NCBI RefSeq assembly: GCF_021054785.1
Contig: NZ_CP088239.1
Span: 660,001 to 692,000 of the forward strand
DNA: 32,000 bases
Reading direction: 5' to 3'
From: Tannockella kyphosi
GTDB lineage: Bacteria; Bacillota_I; Bacilli_A; Erysipelotrichales; Coprobacillaceae
The notes beneath the pieces were generated by a model. That model was not told the origin of the DNA and searched no databases. It saw nothing but the letters and a program-made list of their open reading frames with translations. Numbering within the stretch: the stretch's first letter is position 1; each line of letters starts with the position of its first letter. This document shows positions 17,543 to 25,619 of this stretch, one piece after another. The position numbers and the translations under genes were made by a program.

Positions 17543-17785
17543 ATGGTTGTTATTACCAGTGTCAAAGATATTGAAACTGCTTATGAAGAATTAAGCATTG
17601 CGATTATTGTTCAAGCTGCAAATGATTATAGAAAAGTGTTAAAGAAACTCGAGAGTGATCCGTTTAATGTTTTGTTACTTGTAGAAAGAGCAGAAATTGA
17701 ACAGTTTTTTCATTCTCAATGGTATGAGTGTTTAACTACTGTTGATGGGACTATGATTTTACGCAGATTGAAGAATGGAGAATAA
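17543..17785 (+). CDS. Hypothetical 80-aa protein
   Basis: The ORF starts 4 nt after the previous stop and is tightly packed in the operon. No family recognised. Confidence 0.5.
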   Translation: MVVITSVKDIETAYEELSIAIIVQAANDYRKVLKKLESDPFNVLLLVERAEIEQFFHSQWYECLTTVDGTMILRRLKNGE

Positions 17786-17818
17786 TCCTCTCTCCAACAT
17801 AAAAGGAGGTGTTAGAAA

Positions 17819-18301
17819 ATGTCAATCCAAGAAGATATTGATCATCGAAGTATTGCACTTACCACAAGAGCTGCTAAGGTAACTGGTCATACACTCTATA
17901 AAATGATTAGAATGTATATGCAACATCGCAAAAACAAGAAAATGCACCCAAACATTCCACAAGGAAAGCAAACTGTTAAAGCTCTAGCCAAGCAAGGGCA
18001 AGGTATGACTTCACTTGATATGAATGATAATGATGTAAAGTTATTTGACCGATTGATGCGAAAATATGGTGTTGATTATGCAATTATGACAGACAAAAAG
18101 ACAAAGCCACCCACTCATACTATTTTCTTTAAAGGAAAAGATGCTGATGCTGTGACAAAGGCTTTTTCAGAATTTACATCAGAGATTACTAAAAAGCAAA
18201 GCAAAAACTCTGTTCTTGCACAACTCAAACAGTTTGTTGAATTGGTGAAGAACAATACGATCGATAGAGTTAAAAACAAAGATAAGGAGCATACACGATG
18301 A
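17819..18301 (+). CDS. pcfB: PcfB-family (DUF3801) conjugation protein
   Basis: AAGGAGG RBS. ...GKQTVKALAKQGQGMTSLDM...DVKLFDRLMRKYGVDYAIM...TIFFKGKDADAV fits the PcfB pattern. In related elements as I recall them, this gene usually lies just upstream of the coupling-protein gene. Confidence 0.7.
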   Translation: MSIQEDIDHRSIALTTRAAKVTGHTLYKMIRMYMQHRKNKKMHPNIPQGKQTVKALAKQGQGMTSLDMNDNDVKLFDRLMRKYGVDYAIMTDKKTKPPTHTIFFKGKDADAVTKAFSEFTSEITKKQSKNSVLAQLKQFVELVKNNTIDRVKNKDKEHTR

Positions 18302-18771
18302 AACGAAAATTTATAGTCAGTTTTCTGTTACTGACAATATGTCTATCTTTAGTGTCTTGCACCAAAGATAACGAGATAGACCAAACCTTAACAGAAGAAC
18401 AATCCCAAACAGAAAGTATTGAGGAAGATGATTTAGTCGTAGGAGAAACAGATGCCGACAATGAAGTTGATTATTCTTGGTTAGAAGAATTAAGAGAAAC
18501 AACTGGTTGTGAGCTGTGTGGCTCTACTGATTGTCCCTCTCTTTATGCTACTGATGAATGGGGACAAGATGACATTGATATTACCTTATGTGAAGAATAT
18601 GACATCACCAGTGATCCACTTTACTATTGCCCGATTTGTGGCAAAGAAAAAGGCGATGGCACAAATGATACTTGCGTTAGATATTTAGAAGATATGACTT
18701 GTTATCTGTGTGGTGAAGATGTTACTTGCCTAGAATGTCATACCTGCAAGGAGGTGGAACAGCTTGAATAA
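18298..18771 (+). CDS. Cys-rich lipoprotein
   Basis: The start overlaps the pcfB stop (ATGA). Lipobox LSLVS|C, an acidic linker, then four CxxC motifs (CELC, CPIC, CYLC, CLEC). Confidence 0.65.
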   Translation: MKRKFIVSFLLLTICLSLVSCTKDNEIDQTLTEEQSQTESIEEDDLVVGETDADNEVDYSWLEELRETTGCELCGSTDCPSLYATDEWGQDDIDITLCEEYDITSDPLYYCPICGKEKGDGTNDTCVRYLEDMTCYLCGEDVTCLECHTCKEVEQLE

Positions 18772-21469
18772 ATCAAAGAGATTTCGTCCACTTATCATGA
18801 GTGCTATTTGTATGCTAATGATTTTTACAACTAGCATTAACGCCTTTGCTATTTCTTGGAATGGTAGCTCAGATGGTGGTGGAGGTGGTGGATCATCAGC
18901 GACTACACCGGGTTATTCCATTACTTATACGAATTACAATAACGTGGCAGGTTATCGCTTTTCAGTTATAGATGCAAGTGGTAATACTGTTTCAAAAGTA
19001 ATTGATGTTTACCGAAGTGGTTATTCAACCTACATGAGTTCCTATCAGAAGTTTAGTACCAAGTACAATAAAGCACAACTTATAGCAAAGCAAAATAGCA
19101 GTTTTTCCATTACTTCTAATACCACTAACTGCTTTAATGAGTCTAGCTTTAGTATTTCACTACCCGATCCCGATGGTATGGCAAGTTGGGCAAAAACAGA
19201 TGCAAACTTAAATGCTATTTTACGAGAACTTGGATTTTCAAATGGTGTAGATAGTTTATCCTATGGTTACAAGGTAATTGTAGAGCCTTTACAACTTGTC
19301 CGTATAGAAACTGTTCGATGTGTTTTAACATTAACTGAAATTGCCCTTTATGGGAAACATTTGTTAGGTGCATCAAGTAATGGCGGCTCAAGTAGTAATA
19401 GTGGTACATGGGGATTTATTGCAAATTATACTAATATGCACTTTGCAAACTGGTTATACACTCCCGATGGAATGGGTGTTTGGGGTAATGCAAGTTATTT
19501 AAGTAGCAAAGCTACATTTTATACGATTATTAATTCGGGATATGGTGTAGGTGTTGCCTATGACGTGGCTACAAGGCAAGAATATACGGTTACTTACAAT
19601 GCCAATGGTGGTAGTAATGCCCCGAGTTCTCAAACCAAATACGAAGATGTTAGCTTAACACTTAGAACAGCAACTCCCACACGAACGGGTTATACCTTTA
19701 AAGGTTGGGGAACGTACGCAACAGATACTTCTGTAAATTATAGTGCAGGTGGAACATACACCTCAAACAGCAACATTACTTTATATGCTATATGGGAACG
19801 AAACTCCTACACAGTCAGTTATAATGCCAATGGTGGTAGTAATGCCCCGAGTTCTCAGACGAAGTATTATGGAATAAACCTCACCTTGAGGACAGCAATA
19901 CCTACACGAACGGGATACACATTTAGTGGTTGGGGAACGTATGCAACCGATACTTCTGTAAATTATAGTGCAGGTGGAACGTATACTTCCAATAGTGGAA
20001 TTACCCTCTATGCGATATGGACACCGAACTATTACACGCAGACCATAAACTTTTATAAGTATAATCCACTTACCGATGATTGGATCTACTACACGACTAA
20101 AACCACATCAGCAAAGTATGGGACAACATTTACTCCAACTACCACTGGCGTAACAACACCAACGGGACATTATTTTGGTGGATTTTCCGTTAGTTCGTGG
20201 ACTGTAACGGGAGCAAAAACGATAAAGGGATATTATTATCCCAATGAGTACACCGTTAGTTACAACGCAAACGGAGGTAGCAATGCTCCAAATCCTCAAA
20301 CTAAATACTATGGTTATAACTTAACTTTGAGTAGTCAAATACCAACTCGAACGGGTTATGATTTTGCAGGTTGGGGAACATACGCAACCGATACTACTGT
20401 GAATTATAGTGCAGGTGGAACATATAGCTCCAATAGTAGCACTACCCTCTATGCGATATGGACACCGAATGTAGATATTTATCCCGAATATATCGTGCCA
20501 AACTCCAGTTATAGGCAAGGAACTGATATTATTGTCAGCTATGACATTGTAAATGACGGAGTATTTAGCTTTACACCAAGCGATCCTCTTGAAGTAACTC
20601 TTACAGTAAGCTCGACCAATGATGCAGGAGTAACAACACAGATTTTAAATACTTCTGAAGATGTAATTGTCCCGAGTTATAACGAAAATCTTGTGTATTT
20701 CAAGGTAAGTGTCCCGAGTGACAGTCGTTATCTCACGTTTAAAATAAATGTTTCTTCCAGTGTAGAAGAATACGATTATGCAAATAACACTTCTACAAAA
20801 GTCGTTTCCGTTACTTCGGTGGTAGACTCACAAACAGAAGATACCACTTTTGAAAGTTCACCAACTGGATTTACTGTACCAAGCTCCACAGCTAGTACAC
20901 CTACTTTGGGTGAAACAGCAGTAAGTAGTGCAACGTGGCAAGTATGGGAATGGAGCAATAACGCATTCGTGCTTAACACTTATGGAGTTACTTATTCTCC
21001 TACAATATCTGTAACAGCTGACACAGTAGTTCAGACCGAAACAGTAAGTGGTAGCATTACTACCATGAAATCGGGATACGGAATTATGTTTGAAGCAACA
21101 ACGGGCATATCTTCTTACGGAAGTTATTTAATGCCAAGTAGTGATGCCTATACATCAGCTCAAAATGGAGCATTATTTTTACCCGAATATCAGTATTCTA
21201 GTGCAATCAATAGTTATCGCACATTAGGACTGATTAGCAATATATTGACACTTGAACAAAACAGTAATGCTCTAAATAGTAATGGATCAAGTGCATATCG
21301 AAGGGTACATTTTACACCGATTTATTATCCCGATGGAATGTATGTATTAAAATCTTACATTTATGATGTTTGGACACCGGCAGGCATGATTAGTGCCACC
21401 ACCACAACAAGCCAAATCAAGATAGATGGAAATATCTATGATGATTGGTTTTACACAACTATTCAATAA
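18764..21469 (+). CDS. Large secreted surface protein with Listeria-Bacteroides (Flg_new) repeat domains
   Basis: TTG start 9 nt after AAGGAGG. Signal peptide ...TTSINAFA|ISW, then a Gly run. Three clear YTV(T/S)YNANGGSNAP...PTRTGY(T/D)F.GWGTYATDT.VNYSAGGTY.SNS..TLYAIW domains and one degenerate domain follow. I see no LPxTG motif and no C-terminal anchor. Confidence 0.75.
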   Translation: MNKSKRFRPLIMSAICMLMIFTTSINAFAISWNGSSDGGGGGGSSATTPGYSITYTNYNNVAGYRFSVIDASGNTVSKVIDVYRSGYSTYMSSYQKFSTKYNKAQLIAKQNSSFSITSNTTNCFNESSFSISLPDPDGMASWAKTDANLNAILRELGFSNGVDSLSYGYKVIVEPLQLVRIETVRCVLTLTEIALYGKHLLGASSNGGSSSNSGTWGFIANYTNMHFANWLYTPDGMGVWGNASYLSSKATFYTIINSGYGVGVAYDVATRQEYTVTYNANGGSNAPSSQTKYEDVSLTLRTATPTRTGYTFKGWGTYATDTSVNYSAGGTYTSNSNITLYAIWERNSYTVSYNANGGSNAPSSQTKYYGINLTLRTAIPTRTGYTFSGWGTYATDTSVNYSAGGTYTSNSGITLYAIWTPNYYTQTINFYKYNPLTDDWIYYTTKTTSAKYGTTFTPTTTGVTTPTGHYFGGFSVSSWTVTGAKTIKGYYYPNEYTVSYNANGGSNAPNPQTKYYGYNLTLSSQIPTRTGYDFAGWGTYATDTTVNYSAGGTYSSNSSTTLYAIWTPNVDIYPEYIVPNSSYRQGTDIIVSYDIVNDGVFSFTPSDPLEVTLTVSSTNDAGVTTQILNTSEDVIVPSYNENLVYFKVSVPSDSRYLTFKINVSSSVEEYDYANNTSTKVVSVTSVVDSQTEDTTFESSPTGFTVPSSTASTPTLGETAVSSATWQVWEWSNNAFVLNTYGVTYSPTISVTADTVVQTETVSGSITTMKSGYGIMFEATTGISSYGSYLMPSSDAYTSAQNGALFLPEYQYSSAINSYRTLGLISNILTLEQNSNALNSNGSSAYRRVHFTPIYYPDGMYVLKSYIYDVWTPAGMISATTTTSQIKIDGNIYDDWFYTTIQ
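19583..20461 (+). repeat. Block of four ~70-aa domain repeats within the surface protein gene
   Basis: Units start at 19583, 19808, about 20030 (degenerate) and 20249. Units 1 and 2 share long identical nucleotide runs such as aatgccaatggtggtagtaatgccccgagttctca. Confidence 0.75.
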
Positions 21470-21471
21470 TT

Positions 21472-21510
21472 AAGCAGGCTATTTTTCTTAGGAACTTAGC
21501 TTGCTTTTTT
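21472..21510 (+). terminator. Terminator after the surface protein gene
   Basis: 9-bp stem aagcaggct/agcttgctt (one G-U pair) followed by T6, starting 3 nt after the stop. Confidence 0.55.
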
Positions 21511-21520
21511 ATAATGCTAT

Positions 21521-21539
21521 TTAACTGCAAAGCAGTTAA
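21521..21539. promoter_or_regulatory. Perfect palindrome upstream of flp, candidate operator
   Basis: ttaactgc-aaa-gcagttaa lies about 110 nt upstream of the flp-1 ATG. It has no T-run, so it is unlikely to be a terminator. Confidence 0.3.
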
Positions 21540-21646
21540 GTGCATTTCAAGGTTCTCTCAGCTGTCAAAATCTTTGATTTTGGTAACAGCGTGAGGTTCT
21601 TATATATAAAATTAAAAATTCAAGAAAGAAAGAGGAAAACAAGATT

Positions 21647-21871
21647 ATGAAAAACAAAATTAAACAAGCAGGAAGAACAGTAAAAAACAAAGCAGCATCT
21701 ATTATCACATCAGTGAAAGGAATGTCACAGACTACCGAAACAGTATTACTTATCGTATTAGTGGTGGCAGTCATTGGAGCATTCTTTGCTCCTGCGATTA
21801 CAAGTTGGTTTAGTGGTGTTATGTCAGATCTAGCTACCCACACAGAAGGCATCTTCAACTTTGCACCATAA
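21647..21871 (+). CDS. flp: Flp-type (type IVc / class III signal peptide) prepilin, copy 1
   Basis: AGAGGAAAA RBS and 74 aa. A basic leader ends in KG, followed by MSQTTETVLLIVLVVAVIGAFFAP, a hydrophobic helix with a conserved Glu. It sits immediately upstream of the prepilin peptidase and Tad machinery. Confidence 0.7.
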   Translation: MKNKIKQAGRTVKNKAASIITSVKGMSQTTETVLLIVLVVAVIGAFFAPAITSWFSGVMSDLATHTEGIFNFAP

Positions 21872-21982
21872 GAAACAACATTACTTCACAATGAGAGCTT
21901 ATAAGTACCTAAGATGCTTATAGGCTTTTGTTATACAGAAACCAACAAACAAAATCAAACAAGAAAGAAAGAGGAAATTATT

Positions 21983-22207
21983 ATGGTTAACAAAATCAAA
22001 CAAGCAGGAAGAACAGTAAAAAACAAAGCAGCATCTATTATCGCATCTGCAAAAGGTATGTCACAGACTACCGAAACAGTATTGCTTATCGTATTAGTCG
22101 TGGCAGTCATTGGAGCATTCTTTGCTCCTGCAATTACAAGTTGGTTTAGTGGTGTTATGTCAGACCTAGCCACCCACACAGAAGGTATCTTCAACTTTGC
22201 ACCATAA
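21983..22207 (+). CDS. flp: Flp-type prepilin, copy 2 (tandem paralogue)
   Basis: ATG 21983 follows AGAGGAAA; the track start at 21914 is upstream and has no RBS. The predicted mature 49 aa are identical to copy 1. Confidence 0.7.
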   Translation: MVNKIKQAGRTVKNKAASIIASAKGMSQTTETVLLIVLVVAVIGAFFAPAITSWFSGVMSDLATHTEGIFNFAP

Positions 22208-22223
22208 GAAGAATAAAGTCGAA

Positions 22224-22249
22224 ACAGCCTGCCTACTTTGGTAGGCTGT
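22224..22249 (+). terminator. Stem-loop between flp-2 and tadV (weak or partial terminator, or mRNA stabiliser)
   Basis: 10-bp stem acagcctgcc/ggtaggctgt (one G-U pair) with loop tacttt. The U-tract after it is poor. Confidence 0.35.
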
Positions 22250-22304
22250 ATTGTAGAAATGACTACCTACAACCGAAGATGACAAGTCAAAATTGGAGGA
22301 CGAT

Positions 22305-22862
22305 ATGTTACTTAAAATCAAACGTAAATTAAAGGATATAAATGGTGGCATATCAGTCCCCGTTATATTTCCACTTATTGCTCTTTTATTAGTGACAATC
22401 CTACACCTTACATTTTTCTCGATAGGAAACGAAACTTTCTTATCTTGGAATTTAGTAAAAGCAATGTTATTTATTACCATACTTGTATTTGCATCTATTA
22501 GCGATCTAAAAACAATGACAGTATCAGATAAATACACGTTCATGTTACTTGGAGTGGGACTAGTTGGTGTAACTCTCGATAGCTTAGTAGGAGCTAGTAT
22601 CTGTTTTATCTCATTTTTCTTAGTGGCTATGCTGACTAATCTAGGTGGAGCAGATGTAAAAATCGCAGGAGCTTGTGGCTTTGTACTTGGTGCATTACCA
22701 AGTTTAATCGCCTTGCTCATTGGACTATCCCTATCAGTAATTGTAGAAATTGCAGTTACACTAATTAAAAGAGAACCTATCAAAAGGCACTATCCACTTG
22801 TGCCTTACATTACAATCGGCTGTATTGCCGTAACCATTATGAAAGGAATTAACCTATTATGA
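22305..22862 (+). CDS. tadV: A24-family prepilin peptidase (TadV/CpaA type, no methyltransferase domain)
   Basis: Polytopic membrane protein with the two catalytic Asp contexts SISDLKT and LGGADVKIAGACG. GGAGGA lies upstream. ATG 22305 is preferred over TTG 22293. Confidence 0.8.
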   Translation: MLLKIKRKLKDINGGISVPVIFPLIALLLVTILHLTFFSIGNETFLSWNLVKAMLFITILVFASISDLKTMTVSDKYTFMLLGVGLVGVTLDSLVGASICFISFFLVAMLTNLGGADVKIAGACGFVLGALPSLIALLIGLSLSVIVEIAVTLIKREPIKRHYPLVPYITIGCIAVTIMKGINLL

Positions 22863-23614
22863 AACTAATTAGAAACAGACTATTTTTAGCTACCATTTGT
22901 GTAGTATTATCAGCACTTTGTGTTTATTCATTTTTACAATCCAACACATCGGAGGATGTAACAGCATATAAACTCAATACAAATATTAGTCAAGGAACAC
23001 AAATTACCGATGAAATGCTTACTTCAGTAACTATTGGTACAAAAGGCATGGATAATGTTGTGTTAGATGAAAATGAGATTATTGGAAGTTATGCAGCTAC
23101 TGATTTAGCTAATGGTCAAATAATCATTGATACTCTACTTGTGGATACGCAAGCTGATGTTATTCAAGGTTTTGATAAATTGGAAGATGGAAAAATTGCT
23201 TTTACTATTTCTTCTAGTTCTCTTGCAAGTAGTGTGGCAAATAAACTTCAATCGGGAGATATTGTTTCCGTCTATGTCAACACAAACGGAGTATCCACTC
23301 AACCAATCTTGCTAAAATACGTAGAGGTACTTTATGTTAGCACTTCAACTGGGGCAGATAAAACAGAAACAGATGAAGAATCTATTTCCGTTATTACTCT
23401 TATTGTAAATGAAGAACAAGCCTTGCTTTTAAATGAATATGAATATACAAGTAATTTGCATCTTGCTCTTATCTCTCGTGGTGATGAAACTCTAAAACAA
23501 GAATATTTAACTGCACAAGAACTTTTACAAGAAGAATATATCCCTGCTGAACAAACTGAGGACGATGTGACAGACAGCGAAGAAGATGTACTCACTCATG
23601 AAATCACAGAATAA
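22859..23614 (+). CDS. cpaB: CpaB/RcpC-family Flp pilus assembly protein
   Basis: ATGA overlap with tadV. An N-terminal TM segment is followed by a SAF-like segment (VTAYKLNTNISQGTQITDEMLTSVTIG) and then GKIAFTISSSSLASSVANKLQSGDIVSVYV. The tail is acidic. Confidence 0.7.
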   Translation: MKLIRNRLFLATICVVLSALCVYSFLQSNTSEDVTAYKLNTNISQGTQITDEMLTSVTIGTKGMDNVVLDENEIIGSYAATDLANGQIIIDTLLVDTQADVIQGFDKLEDGKIAFTISSSSLASSVANKLQSGDIVSVYVNTNGVSTQPILLKYVEVLYVSTSTGADKTETDEESISVITLIVNEEQALLLNEYEYTSNLHLALISRGDETLKQEYLTAQELLQEEYIPAEQTEDDVTDSEEDVLTHEITE

Positions 23615-23624
23615 GGAGGACAAC

Positions 23625-24308
23625 ATGAAGAAAATTATTGTAACTGGCAATAGTGGGAAAACCTTATTTTCCTACTTTCTTGCTGAACACCTTAGTAAAG
23701 ATAAAAAAGTAGTGCTTATTAGTACCGATGAGCAAAAAGCAACCTTTCGTTGTCTATTCCCTAATGCGAAGAAAACAAAGAAATCTCTTGCAAGGCTCTT
23801 GTCTGATCCAGTCATTACAGATAAAGATATTTATCAAAACGCAAGTTTAATCAACAAGCGATTTTTAATGATTACTGGTGGCGATTACACCGAAAACTTT
23901 CCCGATATTACTACTTTTAACTGCGTGAGGTTACTGACAGCACTAGAAGGAATTGCAGATATTGTAATTGTAGATAGCTCAAAACATATCTTTGACAGCT
24001 TTATTGCAAAGGCTCCCGATTGTACCAATATCTGTATTACGACTGCTGATATTCGAGGACATCATTTTAGAATGAAAGAAGAAAATGGTGCAATTAATGT
24101 GTTGTGGCAAAGTAGTCCTTATGGCTCATATCAAGATGCTCTCACTACCTTTAAAGAGAAACCATTTGAACTTCCTTATGAGAAGAAACTTACAGCAATT
24201 TACAATGGCGAAGCAATCAAAGATGTATCCGTTAGTAGTAAATATAAGAAAACATTAAAATCCATTGCCAAGACGATGGAAGAACTGGAGGTAAGTTATG
24301 ACGTATAA
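23625..24308 (+). CDS. tadZ: TadZ/CpaE-like ParA/MinD-superfamily protein, short form
   Basis: AAGGAGG lies before ATG 23625. 227 aa starting KKIIVTGNSGKTLFS (P-loop-like but non-canonical), with IVIVDSS as a Walker-B-like strand. Its position between cpaB and tadA matches Tad loci. Confidence 0.55.
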   Translation: MKKIIVTGNSGKTLFSYFLAEHLSKDKKVVLISTDEQKATFRCLFPNAKKTKKSLARLLSDPVITDKDIYQNASLINKRFLMITGGDYTENFPDITTFNCVRLLTALEGIADIVIVDSSKHIFDSFIAKAPDCTNICITTADIRGHHFRMKEENGAINVLWQSSPYGSYQDALTTFKEKPFELPYEKKLTAIYNGEAIKDVSVSSKYKKTLKSIAKTMEELEVSYDV

Positions 24309-25617
24309 ACAAGTAGCTCCTAACCCCGACTACTTTCCACTTCTTGAAAAGGTGCGTCTTGCTGTAAATGAGAACTACTGGCAATTAAACGCAGAAAAAA
24401 ACACAACGGAAAGCAGGCAACTTGTACTTGCCTTTTATCGTAACTATTTGAAATCTAATCACATTCAACTAGATGGATATACCAGTAAAGAGTTAATTAG
24501 AAAGCTTTATAACGATACCCACGAATATTCTATCCTAACCGATGCTCTAAAAGATGATACTGTAGAGGGTATTCATGTAAATGCTTGGAATTGTATTATC
24601 TTACAATTTCGTGATGGACATTTTGAACACATTAGTGGATTTGAAAATCCCGAACACAGCATTGATGTGATCCGTAGACTTATTCAAGAAAAAGGAAAAG
24701 TGCTTGATGAAAGTATGCCAATCGCTGAAACTTCTATCGGCTCAAATATTCGTATCACGACTGTAAAATCACCGATTGTTGATGAATATGTTGGTGTTGC
24801 TTGCTATATTCGTAAACTATCAAAACAAGTCTTTCAAATTGAACGATATGTAGATGGTGGTTTTGCCTTAAAGCAAGAAATTGATATGCTCTCTACTTTT
24901 ATGAAACGAGGAGTATCGGTACTTGTGGTAGGAAAAGTAAATACTGGGAAAACAACTTTCCTCTCCTATTTGCTTTCAACACTATCTGATACAACAAAAG
25001 TTGTAACCATTGAAAACTCAGCTCGTGAAATGGACTTAACCAAAGTAAAAGATGGCGAAGTGGTCAATAACGTGGTGCATATGTTGACAAGGGAAAGCAA
25101 AATCGAAAGTTTAGATATTAAGCAAGAAGATTTAGTGGTTATTTCCCTTAGACTTAATCCCGACTATATTTCCGTTGCAGAAATGCGTGATAGTGAAGCC
25201 AGTGCAGCTGTGGAAGCCAGTCGTTCGGGACACCCGATTATCTCCACTACTCATGCAGGCTCACCAAGAGAAGCTCACAAACGTATTGCAGACCTTGCTA
25301 GAAAAGGAAACCATACCGATTATCCAACAGCTTTAATGCAGGCACAAGAAGCCTTTCCCGTTGTTGTATTTCTTCATATGCTTGAGGATAATTCTCGTAG
25401 AGTAATGGGAATTACAGAATGCTTTGTTGATGAAGAAAATAAGGCTCATTATAACCCACTTTGGAAATTTGAAATTGAAGAAAATACAGTCAATGATAAT
25501 GGTGTGGTAATTAAAGGCGAACATAGACAAGTTGGTACTTGCTCTAGTCATTTGATTGATAAGATGAAAATGTATGGTATCAGTCAAGCTGAAATTGATG
25601 AATTAGGAGGTATGTGA
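24298..25617 (+). CDS. tadA: TadA/CpaF secretion ATPase (T2SS-E/VirB11 superfamily)
   Basis: GGAGG RBS. Walker A VGKVNTGKTT, Walker B/Asp box LRLNPDYISVAEMRDSEA and His box GHPIISTTHAGS are all present. Confidence 0.85.
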   Translation: MTYKQVAPNPDYFPLLEKVRLAVNENYWQLNAEKNTTESRQLVLAFYRNYLKSNHIQLDGYTSKELIRKLYNDTHEYSILTDALKDDTVEGIHVNAWNCIILQFRDGHFEHISGFENPEHSIDVIRRLIQEKGKVLDESMPIAETSIGSNIRITTVKSPIVDEYVGVACYIRKLSKQVFQIERYVDGGFALKQEIDMLSTFMKRGVSVLVVGKVNTGKTTFLSYLLSTLSDTTKVVTIENSAREMDLTKVKDGEVVNNVVHMLTRESKIESLDIKQEDLVVISLRLNPDYISVAEMRDSEASAAVEASRSGHPIISTTHAGSPREAHKRIADLARKGNHTDYPTALMQAQEAFPVVVFLHMLEDNSRRVMGITECFVDEENKAHYNPLWKFEIEENTVNDNGVVIKGEHRQVGTCSSHLIDKMKMYGISQAEIDELGGM

Positions 25618-25619
25618 GT

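Noticed and set aside
13953-20979. Numerous 60-90-aa minus-strand ORFs inside parA, parB, rep, DUF3846, pcfB and the adhesin gene. They are 13953-14204, 14862-15092, 15207-15470, 16013-16201, 17314-17565, 18270-18502, 19215-19409, 20108-20518 and 20776-20979.
   Set aside because: All lie antisense within well-supported plus-strand genes, and they lack RBS and motifs. They are shadow ORFs.
21565-22194. Two similar minus-strand ORFs (21565-21858 and 21955-22194).
   Set aside because: They are antisense images of the duplicated flp genes. Their similarity to each other is explained by the flp duplication.
22166-22783. A 205-aa minus-strand ORF, long for this window.
   Set aside because: It lies entirely antisense to the prepilin peptidase gene, which has clear catalytic-Asp motifs. 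It has no RBS, a Ser/Thr/Ile-rich low-complexity composition and no recognisable motif, so it is a shadow ORF.
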